NCBI RefSeq assembly: GCF_036731945.1
Contig: NZ_DAINDI010000011.1
Span: 9,592 to 60,478, forward strand
Direction: 5' to 3'
DNA: 50,887 bases
DNA from: Psychrobacter sp.
GTDB taxonomy: Bacteria > Pseudomonadota > Gammaproteobacteria > Pseudomonadales > Moraxellaceae
Each line of letters opens with the position of its first letter. Position 1 is the first letter of the stretch. Positions 37,843 through 48,516 of the stretch are shown here, piece by piece. The translations under genes and the position numbers were made by a program. The notes under the pieces were generated by a model. It saw only the letters and a list, made by a program, of their open reading frames with translations. It ran no database searches and had not been told where the DNA came from.

Positions 37843-38592
37843 TCATTTACGACCGAGAACCCAACCACCATCCATAAAGACGTTCGAGCCATGCATATAG
37901 TTTGAGTCATCTGACGCCAAAAATACCGCGAGCGCTGCAATCTCTTCGGGCTTGCCAGCGCGCTGGGCTGGGATACGATTTAAGCGCTCATCATCAATAC
38001 CATCGGTCATAGGCGTTTCGATAAAGCCTGGCGATAGAATATTTACTTTTATCCCTTGACTGCCAAAATCAAATGCCAACTGTTTGGTAAATCCTAACAC
38101 CGCATGCTTAGAGGTCACATAAGCGGAACCGCCGGGGCCTGCCATTTGCGTGGCTTGTGAGCCAACATTGATGATAACTCCACGTCCTTGCTTGATAAAG
38201 TGCGGAATCACCGCTTTTGAGGCGAGATATGGCGCCTTGACATTAATTGCCATCAATTTATCGTATAAGTCTTCTTCTAACTCGACGGCATTATCATAAG
38301 CGTCGTGGATGCCAGCGCCATTATATAAAATGTCAATTTGACCATAAGCTTCTAATGCTTTATCAACTACCGCTTCAATCTCTGCTTTTTTGGTCACATC
38401 AGCATGCACAAAGAGAGCCTCTTGACCCTTATCTGTCATGTCTTTGACAATGCGCTTGCCGTCTTCTTCATCGCGACCCGTGACGACGATCTTTGCCCCT
38501 TCATCGGCATAGGCTTTTGCAGTCGCTTCGCCCAGTCCTGATGTGCCGCCAAATATAATGGCCACCCTGTCTTGTAATTTCATCATGTTCAT
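37843..38592 (-). CDS. Short-chain dehydrogenase/reductase
   Basis: GGTSGLG, NGAG, YVTSKHA (YxxxK), PGFIETPM, DGGW. Confidence 0.9.
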   Translation of the reverse strand: MNMMKLQDRVAIIFGGTSGLGEATAKAYADEGAKIVVTGRDEEDGKRIVKDMTDKGQEALFVHADVTKKAEIEAVVDKALEAYGQIDILYNGAGIHDAYDNAVELEEDLYDKLMAINVKAPYLASKAVIPHFIKQGRGVIINVGSQATQMAGPGGSAYVTSKHAVLGFTKQLAFDFGSQGIKVNILSPGFIETPMTDGIDDERLNRIPAQRAGKPEEIAALAVFLASDDSNYMHGSNVFMDGGWVLGRK

Positions 38593-38941
38593 CCTTGTTT
38601 TTATGTTGTAAATAAAACTTTTTTCTATCTGATAACGTCTAGGTTAGATTAACATAGTCACCTAACTGTGAATGTTAGGCTATGTTGGACATTTTTAATC
38701 AGCTAATAACTGGCATATATCTAGCCTTTTAGTTGCATAAATAACGTTTTCTTAACGTTTTATCGGCTAACATTAAGGTATTCTATGGCTTCAAAGCTGG
38801 CGCAACCTCACATTAAACGTTAAGCCACTCTTTTAACGCTAAACTATGGACGAAGCTGCCCGTCGTTGCGGCTACCTGTGCGCCTTTTTATCATCAAGCT
38901 CGATCATGGCTTTGCCACACTCATCAATACGGATATTTGAT

Positions 38942-39892
38942 ATGCCTTTAATAAAAAAAATCGATTCATTCTATGAAAAACTGCATGATAAATTGCCAGC
39001 TGTCGGCAAGGCTGCCTCTTTTTTGACGGGTACTGGCGTCCTCACCGCCAATAGTGCGTTGGTTGGTCTACCGGTCTGGACTATGGGCGCGGCGAAAGTA
39101 TTGACTGGGTCAAAACTGACTGATGATGCCTTAATTGCAATTACTAAGTATTGGATTAATACTAATAATGCCGTTATCGACCACGCCCTACCTCATAAAG
39201 ACTGGCGCATCAACCTGCCCGATGGTCTAAGCGAGGACAAGCAGTACCTCTTGGTCAGTAACCATCAGTCGTGGGTCGATACCAGTATCGTGCAATATAT
39301 CAGCCAAGACACCCTGCCTCTAACAAGGTTTTTCACCAAGTTTAATTTGATTTATATTCCCGTTATCGGTCAAGCCTTTTACTTTTTAGACTTCCCAATG
39401 ATGCGTCGTCACTCTAAAGAAGCGATTGCCAAAAATCCTGCCCTCAAAGGTAAGGATATCGAAGAAGCAAAGCGCGCCTGTCGCCAATTAAAAAACAAAC
39501 CTTTCGCGTTATTAAACTATTTAGAAGGCACGCGCTTTACTAAAGAAAAACATGATAAGCAAGGCTCACCTTATGAGCATTTATTAAAACCACGCGCTGG
39601 CGGGTTGTCATTGGCGCTTAATGCGTTAGGCAATGAATTGGATTCGATTTTAGACGTGACTATCGTCTATCCCGACGGTGCGCCTGACTATGATGATTTA
39701 TGGAAAGGTAATATTCGTCGCTTGGGCGTCGATGTGACGCGCTTAACCATACCGGACGAGTTATTTGCGGCCATTATGGATGGCGGCTATGACCGTGATG
39801 AAGCCACTAAAGAAATGATGTTTGATTGGCTCGAGGACATTTGGCAACAAAAAGATGCCCGCATTACTAAGATGCTAAGTGAGTTTGAGTAG
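38942..39892 (+). CDS. PlsC-superfamily acyltransferase (YihG-like)
   Basis: NHQSWVD, LDFPMMRRHS, EGTRFT, HLLKPRAGG, DVTIVYP. Start placed at 38942. Confidence 0.85.
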   Translation: MPLIKKIDSFYEKLHDKLPAVGKAASFLTGTGVLTANSALVGLPVWTMGAAKVLTGSKLTDDALIAITKYWINTNNAVIDHALPHKDWRINLPDGLSEDKQYLLVSNHQSWVDTSIVQYISQDTLPLTRFFTKFNLIYIPVIGQAFYFLDFPMMRRHSKEAIAKNPALKGKDIEEAKRACRQLKNKPFALLNYLEGTRFTKEKHDKQGSPYEHLLKPRAGGLSLALNALGNELDSILDVTIVYPDGAPDYDDLWKGNIRRLGVDVTRLTIPDELFAAIMDGGYDRDEATKEMMFDWLEDIWQQKDARITKMLSEFE

Positions 39893-39949
39893 ACTTTGGC
39901 AGTACGTTAAACACTATCCATGTAAATATAAGACTTAGAATCCACATCA

Positions 39950-39983
39950 GCCACAAGCTTAAAAGTGAGCTTGTGGTTTTTTT
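39950..39983 (+). terminator. Intrinsic terminator after the acyltransferase
   Basis: GCCACAAGCTT-AAAAGT-GAGCTTGTGGT followed by a T run. Confidence 0.8.
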
Positions 39984-40151
39984 CTGCCACGTTTCTACGT
40001 TTTTATTCCCCAGCTATTCCACATCTTAGCAAAAAACCATCAGCAACATGACAAAAACGAATATGTTAATGCCAATTCACTGCATGAGACGTAGCGCGTG
40101 ATACCGCATAATGATGACATATTTTATATTGACTGAATCATTGGTGATGCT

Positions 40152-41762
40152 ATGAACACCTTTCCGCTATTTTTTAAATTAGAAGACCGCAAAGTACTGA
40201 TCGTTGGTGGCGGTGATGTCGCGCTACGTAAAGCTGACTTACTCAGGCGCGCTGGTGCTGCGATCACGATTCTTGCACCAACTATCAGTGCTGAAATACA
40301 AGCTTTGCTCAGCCATACTAAGGACAAAGCCAAGCACGAACTGATTTATGAAAACTACAATAAAGCTTATATGACTGGCGCACGCGTTATTATCGCCGCA
40401 ACGGATGATGAAGCGCTCAATCATCAAATTCATGCTGATGCCAGCGAGCTGAATATTCCCGTCAACGTCGTTGATACGCCGCATTTATGCGACTTTATTT
40501 TCCCAGCCATCGTCGATCGTAATCCAATTGTGATTGGCATTTCATCCAATGGCAAAGCGCCGGTGCTGGCACGTTTACTGCGCGCACGTCTAGAGACGTT
40601 AATCCCGCAAGGTTATGGCAAATTGGCCAAGCTGGCTGGTGACTTTCGGGATGAGGTAAAAACCAAAATCCCAACGCTGACAGGACGTCGTCAGTTCTGG
40701 GAGCGCACTTTTGAAGGTAAAGTCAGTCAGCTGATGTTTGCTGGCAATGAAGATGCAGCAGCGGCGCGACTGCAAGCGGATTTAGATAACACTGCACCTG
40801 CTATCAATGAAAAAAGTACAGCAGGTAATACATCTACAGAATCTCACACCGTAAAAAATCCAATGGGTGAAGTTTATATCGTCGGTGCAGGCCCCGGTGA
40901 TCCAGAGCTGCTGACCTTTAAAGCCCTACGTCTTATGCAGCAAGCCGATATCGTCTATTATGATGCGTTAGTATCACCGCAAGTATTGGATTTATGCCGC
41001 CGCGATGCTGACAAAGTATTTGTCGGTAAAAAACGTAGCAACCATGCCGTCGCTCAGCTTGGCATCAATGAGCTATTAATCAATAGCGCAAAAGATGGTC
41101 GCCGTGTGGTGCGTTTAAAAGGCGGCGATCCTTTCATCTTTGGACGCGGCGGTGAAGAGATTGAAAGCTTGCGTGCGCATGGCGTCCCTTATCAGGTCGT
41201 ACCCGGTATTACCGCTGCCAATGCCGCTGCCAGTTATGCTGGTATTCCGCTCACACACCGCGATCACTCGCAGTCGGTACGTTTTGTCACGGGGTTTTTG
41301 AAGGCTGGCACGCCAAACAGTAACTTTAAAAGCTTTTTAAATACCGACGAAACTGTGGTGTTTTATATGGGGCTGCATTCACTGGCACGTTTGACGACAG
41401 GTTTAATTGATGCTGGACGTAGTAGCGATACCCCAATCGCCATTGTCTCTAATGCCAGTATGCCCAATCAGCAAGTATTGACTGGTACGCTTGCCAATAT
41501 TGTTGAATTGCAAGAAAAAAATCAGCTACCCACGCCTGCTCTGCTGATTATGGGAGATGTGGTCGCCCTACATCATGACTTGGCTTGGTATCATGTAGAC
41601 AATGAGCAAAACAACCAAAATGCTGCTGATACCGATGATAATTGGTTGCGCGGTGGCAAGACAGCGGCGGCAAAAGCCCCTACTAGCCAGCAAGCACATG
41701 CGCTATCAATGGTCGCTAATTTGGCGACCGCTGGTGATGTGGAGCAATTAGTGATTGGCTAA
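40152..41762 (+). CDS. cysG: Siroheme synthase
   Basis: FPLF..L..RKVLIVGGG.VA.RK, VNVVD.P.LCDF, VGAGPGDPELLT, RLKGGDPFIFGRGGEE. Confidence 0.95.
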   Translation: MNTFPLFFKLEDRKVLIVGGGDVALRKADLLRRAGAAITILAPTISAEIQALLSHTKDKAKHELIYENYNKAYMTGARVIIAATDDEALNHQIHADASELNIPVNVVDTPHLCDFIFPAIVDRNPIVIGISSNGKAPVLARLLRARLETLIPQGYGKLAKLAGDFRDEVKTKIPTLTGRRQFWERTFEGKVSQLMFAGNEDAAAARLQADLDNTAPAINEKSTAGNTSTESHTVKNPMGEVYIVGAGPGDPELLTFKALRLMQQADIVYYDALVSPQVLDLCRRDADKVFVGKKRSNHAVAQLGINELLINSAKDGRRVVRLKGGDPFIFGRGGEEIESLRAHGVPYQVVPGITAANAAASYAGIPLTHRDHSQSVRFVTGFLKAGTPNSNFKSFLNTDETVVFYMGLHSLARLTTGLIDAGRSSDTPIAIVSNASMPNQQVLTGTLANIVELQEKNQLPTPALLIMGDVVALHHDLAWYHVDNEQNNQNAADTDDNWLRGGKTAAAKAPTSQQAHALSMVANLATAGDVEQLVIG

Positions 41763-41867
41763 GTGCGATTAAGGTCAAGCGACTATCAAGATTGTCGATT
41801 CATTACTAAAATACTTTTCCTCAATACATAACGCACATGAAATATCTGTTACTATTCCATCAGTGCC

Positions 41868-42377
41868 ATGAGGTTATTACACATGATAAATAGATATTTT
41901 TTCCTAATTCCTATCGTAGTTCTATTTCAGTTTGGTTGCACTAATCAAACAGTAAGAAATACTTCTAACCCAGTGATAAGAACGAAAAACTCACTCGATC
42001 TCTTCTCTTATTATGATGAAAGTAATAATGTTCAATTAACTGCATTATTATCAGGCACATTTATAATGAAGAATGGCTGTCTTTTATTTGGCGACGAAGA
42101 TGGTTATATAACCCCAGTGTTTGATACGAAAGCTAGTAATGTCAAAGTTGACTTAGATTCAAAGACTGTAATCTTAAATGCAATAGCAGTTCCATTTGAT
42201 ACAGAAGTTTTCGCAGGGGGCGGTTTTATTGATAAGAAAAATATTCCTGCACTTCAAACTACTGGCGATGAAAAATGCTTAACGGATAGAGTAGCAACTA
42301 TACATTCTATTGAAGTCCTAACTCCTGAATTGCGTAGAAAATTCTTACTTGATTGGGACGATAAGCCAAAGCCGTAA
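41868..42377 (+). CDS. Hypothetical lipoprotein, AT-rich
   Basis: Hydrophobic N-terminus ending QFGC. ALLSG.F...NGCL and FAGGG motifs. Start may be 41883. Confidence 0.65.
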   Translation: MRLLHMINRYFFLIPIVVLFQFGCTNQTVRNTSNPVIRTKNSLDLFSYYDESNNVQLTALLSGTFIMKNGCLLFGDEDGYITPVFDTKASNVKVDLDSKTVILNAIAVPFDTEVFAGGGFIDKKNIPALQTTGDEKCLTDRVATIHSIEVLTPELRRKFLLDWDDKPKP

Positions 42378-42540
42378 TGAAATTCAATATTAACAATTAG
42401 TGTTAATAGAGAGTTAGTTTTTGAGGTTGGTTAACTGTGATAGGGTGCGCAAGCCAAGCGTTAGAAAACTCACAAATTTTCATAACAAGCCATAATGCAT
42501 TAATACTCTAAGCAATCTCTAATAGAGGTTTTTGTAATCC

Positions 42541-42815
42541 TTACTCTATAGTCCTTTTCTTCTCAATTACCTCTATCAGCTTACTATGAATGGACGCTGC
42601 ATCCGCAGGTGGATTGGCGATTGTTGTATTCTTGATAAGCAAGGTGTACTCGTAATGCGGCTGATAATCAAAGCCCTCTATACCACTATATCGATACACC
42701 CAACCTGTTTGGCTATTCGTCTGTCCAGCATTTTTCTGACCAAAGTCGGATTTACTAATCAATGCTGAATAAGCATTTCCGTCTTTAGCCCCAAGAGTGA
42801 TTTTCTGCTGCCATA
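42541..42815 (-). pseudogene. Degraded DUF4377-domain gene
   Basis: 3' part reads W...YSGIEGFDYQPHYEYTLLI..ANPPADAASI..KLIEVI. The upstream 'RKCL' lies in another frame and is preceded by an in-frame TAA. No signal peptide. Confidence 0.6.
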
Positions 42816-42889
42816 ATTTATAAGCACAGCAAACTGCAGCAATTCTTGCTAGAATAATCGCAGTCTTCTAACCATTATTAAGTTCACTT

Positions 42890-44407
42890 ATGCCTGCATT
42901 TGCTATTAAACCGCTTACTATTCTTCATACCTCCGACTGGCATTTGGGACGCAGACTTTATGGGCGCATGCGTTATGAGGAATTTGAAGCCTTTTTAAGT
43001 TGGCTACAAGAGACCATTAGCGCACAAAAAGTGGACGTACTTATCGTAGCTGGCGATATCTTTGACACCATGACGCCAAGTAACAGAGCCCAAGCGCTGT
43101 ACTATGAGTTTTTAGGCAAAGTATCAAAATTGTGCTGCGAGCATATCGTCATCGTCGCGGGCAACCACGACTCCCCGACTTTTTTAGATGCCCCAAGTAA
43201 AGTCTTAAAGTTTCTAAATGTCCATGTCATCGGTACTGCTTGTGACGATTTAAACGATGAGGTGTTGGTTTTAGACGCGGTAGATGGCACACCGCATTGT
43301 ATTATCGCCGCTGTGCCCTATCTGCGCGACCGCGATGTGCGTGGTAGCCATGCTGGCGAATCAGCAGATAGCAAAGATACCAATGTTATCAAGGGTATTC
43401 GAGCGCATTATGATGAAGTGGCTAGCATTGCCAAAGCAAGACAGGAGCATTTAAGCGACGCTCATCAGCGCCATATTCCTATTATTGCGACGGGGCATTT
43501 ATTCGCCGCAGGTAGTAAAACTACAGAAGATGATGGCGTGCGCGATCTTTATGTTGGCTCGCTCGGTCATATCTCCGCTGATATGTTTGATGATGGCTTT
43601 GATTATGTGGCACTGGGGCATTTACACGTGCCGCAGCGCGTCGGCGGCTGTGAGCATATCCGCTATTCAGGCTCGCCTATCGCCATGGGTTTTGGCGAAG
43701 CAAAGCAGCAAAAGCAAGTGTTGTTGGTAGAGTTTGGCGAAGTAGAAAAATCTTTGTCTGATGAGAGTACTATTCTTCAGCCTGCCAATACCACAAGTAA
43801 GGTTGAAAAAGTCGCGAAAAAAGCAGCCATTCAAACGCCGGAATTGATGGATGATTTATTTGCTTTTGTTGAGCAAGAAGAAAGCGCCGCAATTAACGTC
43901 AATGAAGAACCCTTTACTCAGTCAAAGGCGGTGCAGCTTGATTCCACTTTTACAACGTCTGATTTAACATCTCAACGACTGCATCATGATGAGTCACGGC
44001 AAATGCAGGTAATCTCGCTGCCGATTCCTTGCTTTCAAAAACTGGCGCAGATAACGGGCGATTTGACCGCCATCGCTGCTACGATAAAATCATTGCAGCC
44101 GTTAGAGTCTATTTGGCTAGAAGTGATTTATGACGGTGATGAAATTGTCAATGAGCTGCGTGAAGAAGTGAATGCCATGATTGAGGGTTTAACTTGCGAA
44201 GTGTTAAAAATCAAAAATACGCGCACCTACAATAAAGTCCTCAATCAGCAGCAATCCTCTGAAACCTTACAAGATTTAAATGAGCTTGATGTGTTTGATA
44301 AATGCTTAGAAATCAATGGCATTGCCGATACGCAAAAAGCGTCATTACGCAGCGCCTATGAGCAGATACTCCATAATATCTACCATGATGACGCTCAAGC
44401 TGAATAA
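42890..44407 (+). CDS. sbcD: Exonuclease SbcCD subunit D
   Basis: LHTSDWHLG, AGDIFD, AGNHDS, ATGHLF, DYVALGHLH, RYSGSP. Confidence 0.93.
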   Translation: MPAFAIKPLTILHTSDWHLGRRLYGRMRYEEFEAFLSWLQETISAQKVDVLIVAGDIFDTMTPSNRAQALYYEFLGKVSKLCCEHIVIVAGNHDSPTFLDAPSKVLKFLNVHVIGTACDDLNDEVLVLDAVDGTPHCIIAAVPYLRDRDVRGSHAGESADSKDTNVIKGIRAHYDEVASIAKARQEHLSDAHQRHIPIIATGHLFAAGSKTTEDDGVRDLYVGSLGHISADMFDDGFDYVALGHLHVPQRVGGCEHIRYSGSPIAMGFGEAKQQKQVLLVEFGEVEKSLSDESTILQPANTTSKVEKVAKKAAIQTPELMDDLFAFVEQEESAAINVNEEPFTQSKAVQLDSTFTTSDLTSQRLHHDESRQMQVISLPIPCFQKLAQITGDLTAIAATIKSLQPLESIWLEVIYDGDEIVNELREEVNAMIEGLTCEVLKIKNTRTYNKVLNQQQSSETLQDLNELDVFDKCLEINGIADTQKASLRSAYEQILHNIYHDDAQAE

Positions 44408-44478
44408 ATGAGCAATGAGCGCGGCATCAAAACATAATTCCAATCACAACCATCCATTCAAACGACAAAGACCGACAC

Positions 44479-47400
44479 ATGCGCCTAATCGAACTGCGAC
44501 TCAAAAACTTAAACTCTTTAAAGGGCGAATGGCATATCGATTTTGCTGATTCCGCATTTATCAATGAAGGCATCTTTGCCATTACTGGGCAGACCGGCGC
44601 TGGCAAGACCACGATTTTGGATGCGATTTGTCTGGCGCTCTATGGTGAGACGCCGCGTATTAATAACATCAGTAAAAGTAGCAACGAGGTCATGACGCGG
44701 CAAACGGCAGAGTGTTTCGCGGAAGTGGTCATTGATTTAAATGGCACTCAATATCGCTGCCGCTGGGGACAGCGCCGCGCTTATGGCAAGGCGGATGGTA
44801 ACTTGCAAGATGCCACCCACGAAATCGCTTTGGTAACGCCTAAAACTGACGATGACAGTAATGCCGATAGCAAAGATGACAAGCTTAAAGGCGATGAAAT
44901 ACTAGAAAGCAAACTCTCACGCACCAAAGAAAAAATCGTTGAGCTGACACGAATGGATTTTCAGCAGTTCACGCGTTCAATCTTGCTGGCGCAAGGGAGT
45001 TTTTCCGCGTTTTTAAAGGCTAAGGCCGATGAGCGCGCCGATATCTTAGAAAAAATCACGGGTACAGATATCTACGCGACGATATCGACCCATGTCTTTG
45101 AAAAAAAACGCGCGGAAGAAGAGATTTTAAATAAATTGCAGTTTGGTTTAGAGGGTTTAACTTTGTTAGACGCCAATGAGGAAGCGCTGATTAACGAAAA
45201 ACTGACCTCACATCAAACCGCGCAAACCAAGCAGCAACAACAGTATCAACGTCTGCAAACGCAAATCAATTGGCTCGATACGGTGGCAGAATTAGAAAAA
45301 AACGTCGATAATTATCAAAACGAGGTTACGGTCGCCAAGCAAGCGCAGGCAGATTTCGCTCCTGACGCTAAGCGACTTAACGCCGCTAATAAAGCCTTGG
45401 AGATTGACAGCCAATACAGTCAACTTGCCCATAATCGGGACACTGTCAAGCGTTTGCAAAATGATCAGCAGGCGCTAAACCATCAGCTGCCGCAGCAAGA
45501 AGAGCGCCTTGCGCACGCGGTGAATACGCTAAAAGCAGCTGACGCTGATACGCAGAGCGCCTATGACAAGCTGCAAATCACCTTACCAAAAATTGCTCAC
45601 GCTCGTAAGCTAGATGGCGCAATCGCTCAGCAAATGCAGGCGTTAGACGATCAGCAGCAAAGAAAACAACGCCTAGCGACTAATACGCAAGGCTTACGTC
45701 AAGAGATAGAAAATCATACCGTCCAATTCAATCAGGACAAGGCTCAGTTAGCAACGATAGAAAAATACTTGATTGACGCCGCCGCTTTGCACGATATAGA
45801 TACCGATGCGGCAAATTTTGATAGTCAAGGCAGCCGCCTAAAAGCGCTGCTGCAAGACAATGCCGCTTTGGCAAACGAAAAAATTGCTCATCAGCAGCAA
45901 TCAATCCAATATCAAACCAATCTTGATCAATGTCAGCAGCAGCAAGATGCGACCAACGCTTTGATTGCTAAGGCGCGTGAAGCGCTAGCCACTTTGCAAA
46001 AACAGCAGGCAGCGTTAACCCAAACGCAGTCATTGGCTGCTATACGTGATGAGCAAGATCAGATTGAGCACACGTACAGTCAGATAGAGCAAGTGAGCTT
46101 TAAGGCACAGCACATTGAAGCGCTTGCTAGCCAAATCAATAAGATAAACACTGCCCTGCCGACCATTAATGATGCCTTGACCAAACTGGCGGCGAGCATT
46201 ACTGACAACGAAGCGCTTATGGCAGACGCCAAAGACCGACGTCAAGATAAGCAAAAACTTCTCGATTCATGGCAACAGGTTGCCAGTTTAGAGCGTTATA
46301 TTAACCAATTAAAAGAAGGTGACCCTTGCCCGCTTTGCGGTGCGCGTGAACATCCTTACGGCGCCCATCATCCTGTATTGAACAAAGAGCAATCTGAAAT
46401 TGCTCAAACGCAGCAGCAAATAAGCGAGCTGGATACGACGATCAATACGCTAGAACAAACCATCTCTAAGCAGCGTATTGAATATGCCACCACACAAAAT
46501 CAGATTAAGCAGTTGCACGACCAAAAAATCCCACTCTATGAGCAGATCAAAAAGCTGGGCGCGGACAGCGATGACTTAATACAGCCGCTTTTGGCTAATA
46601 CCTATTCTAACGCTGTGATCGCAAGCATGACTCAGCTTGGCCAAATTGGTATAGATATGGATTTTTTGACTAAGCGAGCTGATGATTCGACCGATTGTAC
46701 ATTGATAAAAGAGCGCTTAATAAAAGATAGTTTGTTATTGCTAGATACGATTAAAGACCAACTTAGCGAGCGCAAGCAGTCTTTAAAAGACACGCTTACA
46801 AAACATGAAGCGTTAAGCGATGAGCTTGCTAAAACAAACAAAACCATTGAGACGTTTGAAAAGCAGCAGTATCAGCTTGCCACTGATATTCATAAGATTA
46901 AAAGCAACAATCAAGTAAGCGCGCTGGCTTTGGATGCTATCGAGAAAAAAATCTCGACGAATTTTGCCGAATTAACACAGCTTAAAGACGCTATATTGGC
47001 GATACTAAATAAATATCTTGCGGGCAAGTATGAGCTAGATGCCGTCACCGAACCTGCTGCTTTACAGCCGCTGCTGGCGAGTATTGACCAGCAAGTTGTG
47101 CTAAGTAAAGCTGACTATGAGGTTCATCTTAATACGCTGCGTCAGCAGCGTAGTAGTTTGGTGCAATTAAAGCAGCAGTTTACTGCTTATAAAAATGCCC
47201 AACAAAACCTAATCACTGCGATTAGCGGCATCACTGTGCAAATCGAAACTAAACAAGCTCAGTTAGATAAAGAAGAGACTGAGCTTGATGATTTGCTGCA
47301 AGCAATTAATACAAAAACTAAGACACTGGCGCAATTAACGGCTGAGCGGCGCGATATTTTTGCAGACAATATTTTTGCAGGTAATGTGCCAAACACTGAT

Positions 47401-48486
47401 AATGATAATAGCAATATTAATATCAATCCTGATGCAGAAGAAGCAAGGTTACGCACTGTCCTTGAACAGGCGCATAGCGAAAAAGCAGCAGCGCAGCGGC
47501 AGTTAGATAGTGCTGAGCTTACCCTCAAACAATTACAACGACAGCAGCAGCTGCTTGCCGAGCAATTAACGACCGCTAGCACGGCTCTGACGACGCAAGA
47601 AGATATTTTTAAAACCGCGCTTGCCAGCTCCGACTTTAGCGATGAAGCAGCATTCATGCGCGCGCGCCTGCCAGCTGCCGAGCGTCATCACTTAACCGAG
47701 CAGCAGCAGCAAATAAACGATACGCTCAAGCAAGCGCAATCCTTATTGACTCAAACCCTGCAAGCACTGGCGGAGAAAAAAGCCAACCCTTTAACCAATG
47801 AAGATAGAGAAACACTGGTCGAACAGCAGCAACTGTCGCACAATGAGTTGCAGCGCTTGATTGAGGCAATCGGCGCCATGAGCCAACAGCTCAAAGACAA
47901 TGAAGAGAAAAAAGGCAACCAGCAGGCGCAGCGCCAAGCCATTGCTCAGCAAAAAGACACCTTGCAAGTTTGGCGACAGCTCAATGAACTGATAGGCTCA
48001 AGCAGTGGCAAAAAGTATCGTACCTTTGCCCAAGGTTTGACCTTTGATATCATGGTGAACCATGCCAATGCCCAACTGCATAAAATGAGCGATCGCTATT
48101 TGCTGGCGCGTGACGACAATAATCCGCTCGAGCTCAATGTCATTGACAACTATCAAGGTGGCGAGAGACGCAGCACTAAAAATCTCTCTGGCGGTGAAGG
48201 CTTTATTATTAGCCTAGCATTAGCGCTTGGGCTGTCGCAGATGGCCAGTCATAATATTCGCGTCGACTCGTTATTTTTGGACGAAGGTTTTGGCACCCTT
48301 GATGAGGAATCACTGGATATCGCCCTCGATACCTTGACAAGCTTACAGCAAGAAGGCAAATTGATTGGCGTCATCTCACACGTGCAGGCGCTAAAAGAGC
48401 GTATTTTGACCCAAATTCAAGTCACTAAGCTCTCAGGCGGCTTTAGTAAAATCACTGGACAAGGCTGTTATCATATTGCCAGTTAA
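44479..48486 (+). CDS. sbcC: Exonuclease SbcCD subunit C
   Basis: NLNSL.G, GQTGAGKTT, LAQGSF, long coiled coil with CPLCG zinc hook, LSGGE, LFLDEGFGTLD, ISH. Confidence 0.95.
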   Translation: MRLIELRLKNLNSLKGEWHIDFADSAFINEGIFAITGQTGAGKTTILDAICLALYGETPRINNISKSSNEVMTRQTAECFAEVVIDLNGTQYRCRWGQRRAYGKADGNLQDATHEIALVTPKTDDDSNADSKDDKLKGDEILESKLSRTKEKIVELTRMDFQQFTRSILLAQGSFSAFLKAKADERADILEKITGTDIYATISTHVFEKKRAEEEILNKLQFGLEGLTLLDANEEALINEKLTSHQTAQTKQQQQYQRLQTQINWLDTVAELEKNVDNYQNEVTVAKQAQADFAPDAKRLNAANKALEIDSQYSQLAHNRDTVKRLQNDQQALNHQLPQQEERLAHAVNTLKAADADTQSAYDKLQITLPKIAHARKLDGAIAQQMQALDDQQQRKQRLATNTQGLRQEIENHTVQFNQDKAQLATIEKYLIDAAALHDIDTDAANFDSQGSRLKALLQDNAALANEKIAHQQQSIQYQTNLDQCQQQQDATNALIAKAREALATLQKQQAALTQTQSLAAIRDEQDQIEHTYSQIEQVSFKAQHIEALASQINKINTALPTINDALTKLAASITDNEALMADAKDRRQDKQKLLDSWQQVASLERYINQLKEGDPCPLCGAREHPYGAHHPVLNKEQSEIAQTQQQISELDTTINTLEQTISKQRIEYATTQNQIKQLHDQKIPLYEQIKKLGADSDDLIQPLLANTYSNAVIASMTQLGQIGIDMDFLTKRADDSTDCTLIKERLIKDSLLLLDTIKDQLSERKQSLKDTLTKHEALSDELAKTNKTIETFEKQQYQLATDIHKIKSNNQVSALALDAIEKKISTNFAELTQLKDAILAILNKYLAGKYELDAVTEPAALQPLLASIDQQVVLSKADYEVHLNTLRQQRSSLVQLKQQFTAYKNAQQNLITAISGITVQIETKQAQLDKEETELDDLLQAINTKTKTLAQLTAERRDIFADNIFAGNVPNTDNDNSNININPDAEEARLRTVLEQAHSEKAAAQRQLDSAELTLKQLQRQQQLLAEQLTTASTALTTQEDIFKTALASSDFSDEAAFMRARLPAAERHHLTEQQQQINDTLKQAQSLLTQTLQALAEKKANPLTNEDRETLVEQQQLSHNELQRLIEAIGAMSQQLKDNEEKKGNQQAQRQAIAQQKDTLQVWRQLNELIGSSSGKKYRTFAQGLTFDIMVNHANAQLHKMSDRYLLARDDNNPLELNVIDNYQGGERRSTKNLSGGEGFIISLALALGLSQMASHNIRVDSLFLDEGFGTLDEESLDIALDTLTSLQQEGKLIGVISHVQALKERILTQIQVTKLSGGFSKITGQGCYHIAS

Positions 48487-48516
48487 TGGCTAAAGTAATT
48501 TTAAGGTGGCACATTT

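Noticed and set aside
38652..38687. Imperfect inverted repeat AACATAG..CCTAAC / GTTAGG.CTATGTT upstream of the SDR gene
   Set aside because: Bulged and AT-rich, with no linked regulator or second copy. Not enough to call an operator.
44479..48486. Gln-rich CAG runs and long antisense ORFs within sbcC
   Set aside because: Expected from coiled-coil composition. Not a repeat array or separate genes.
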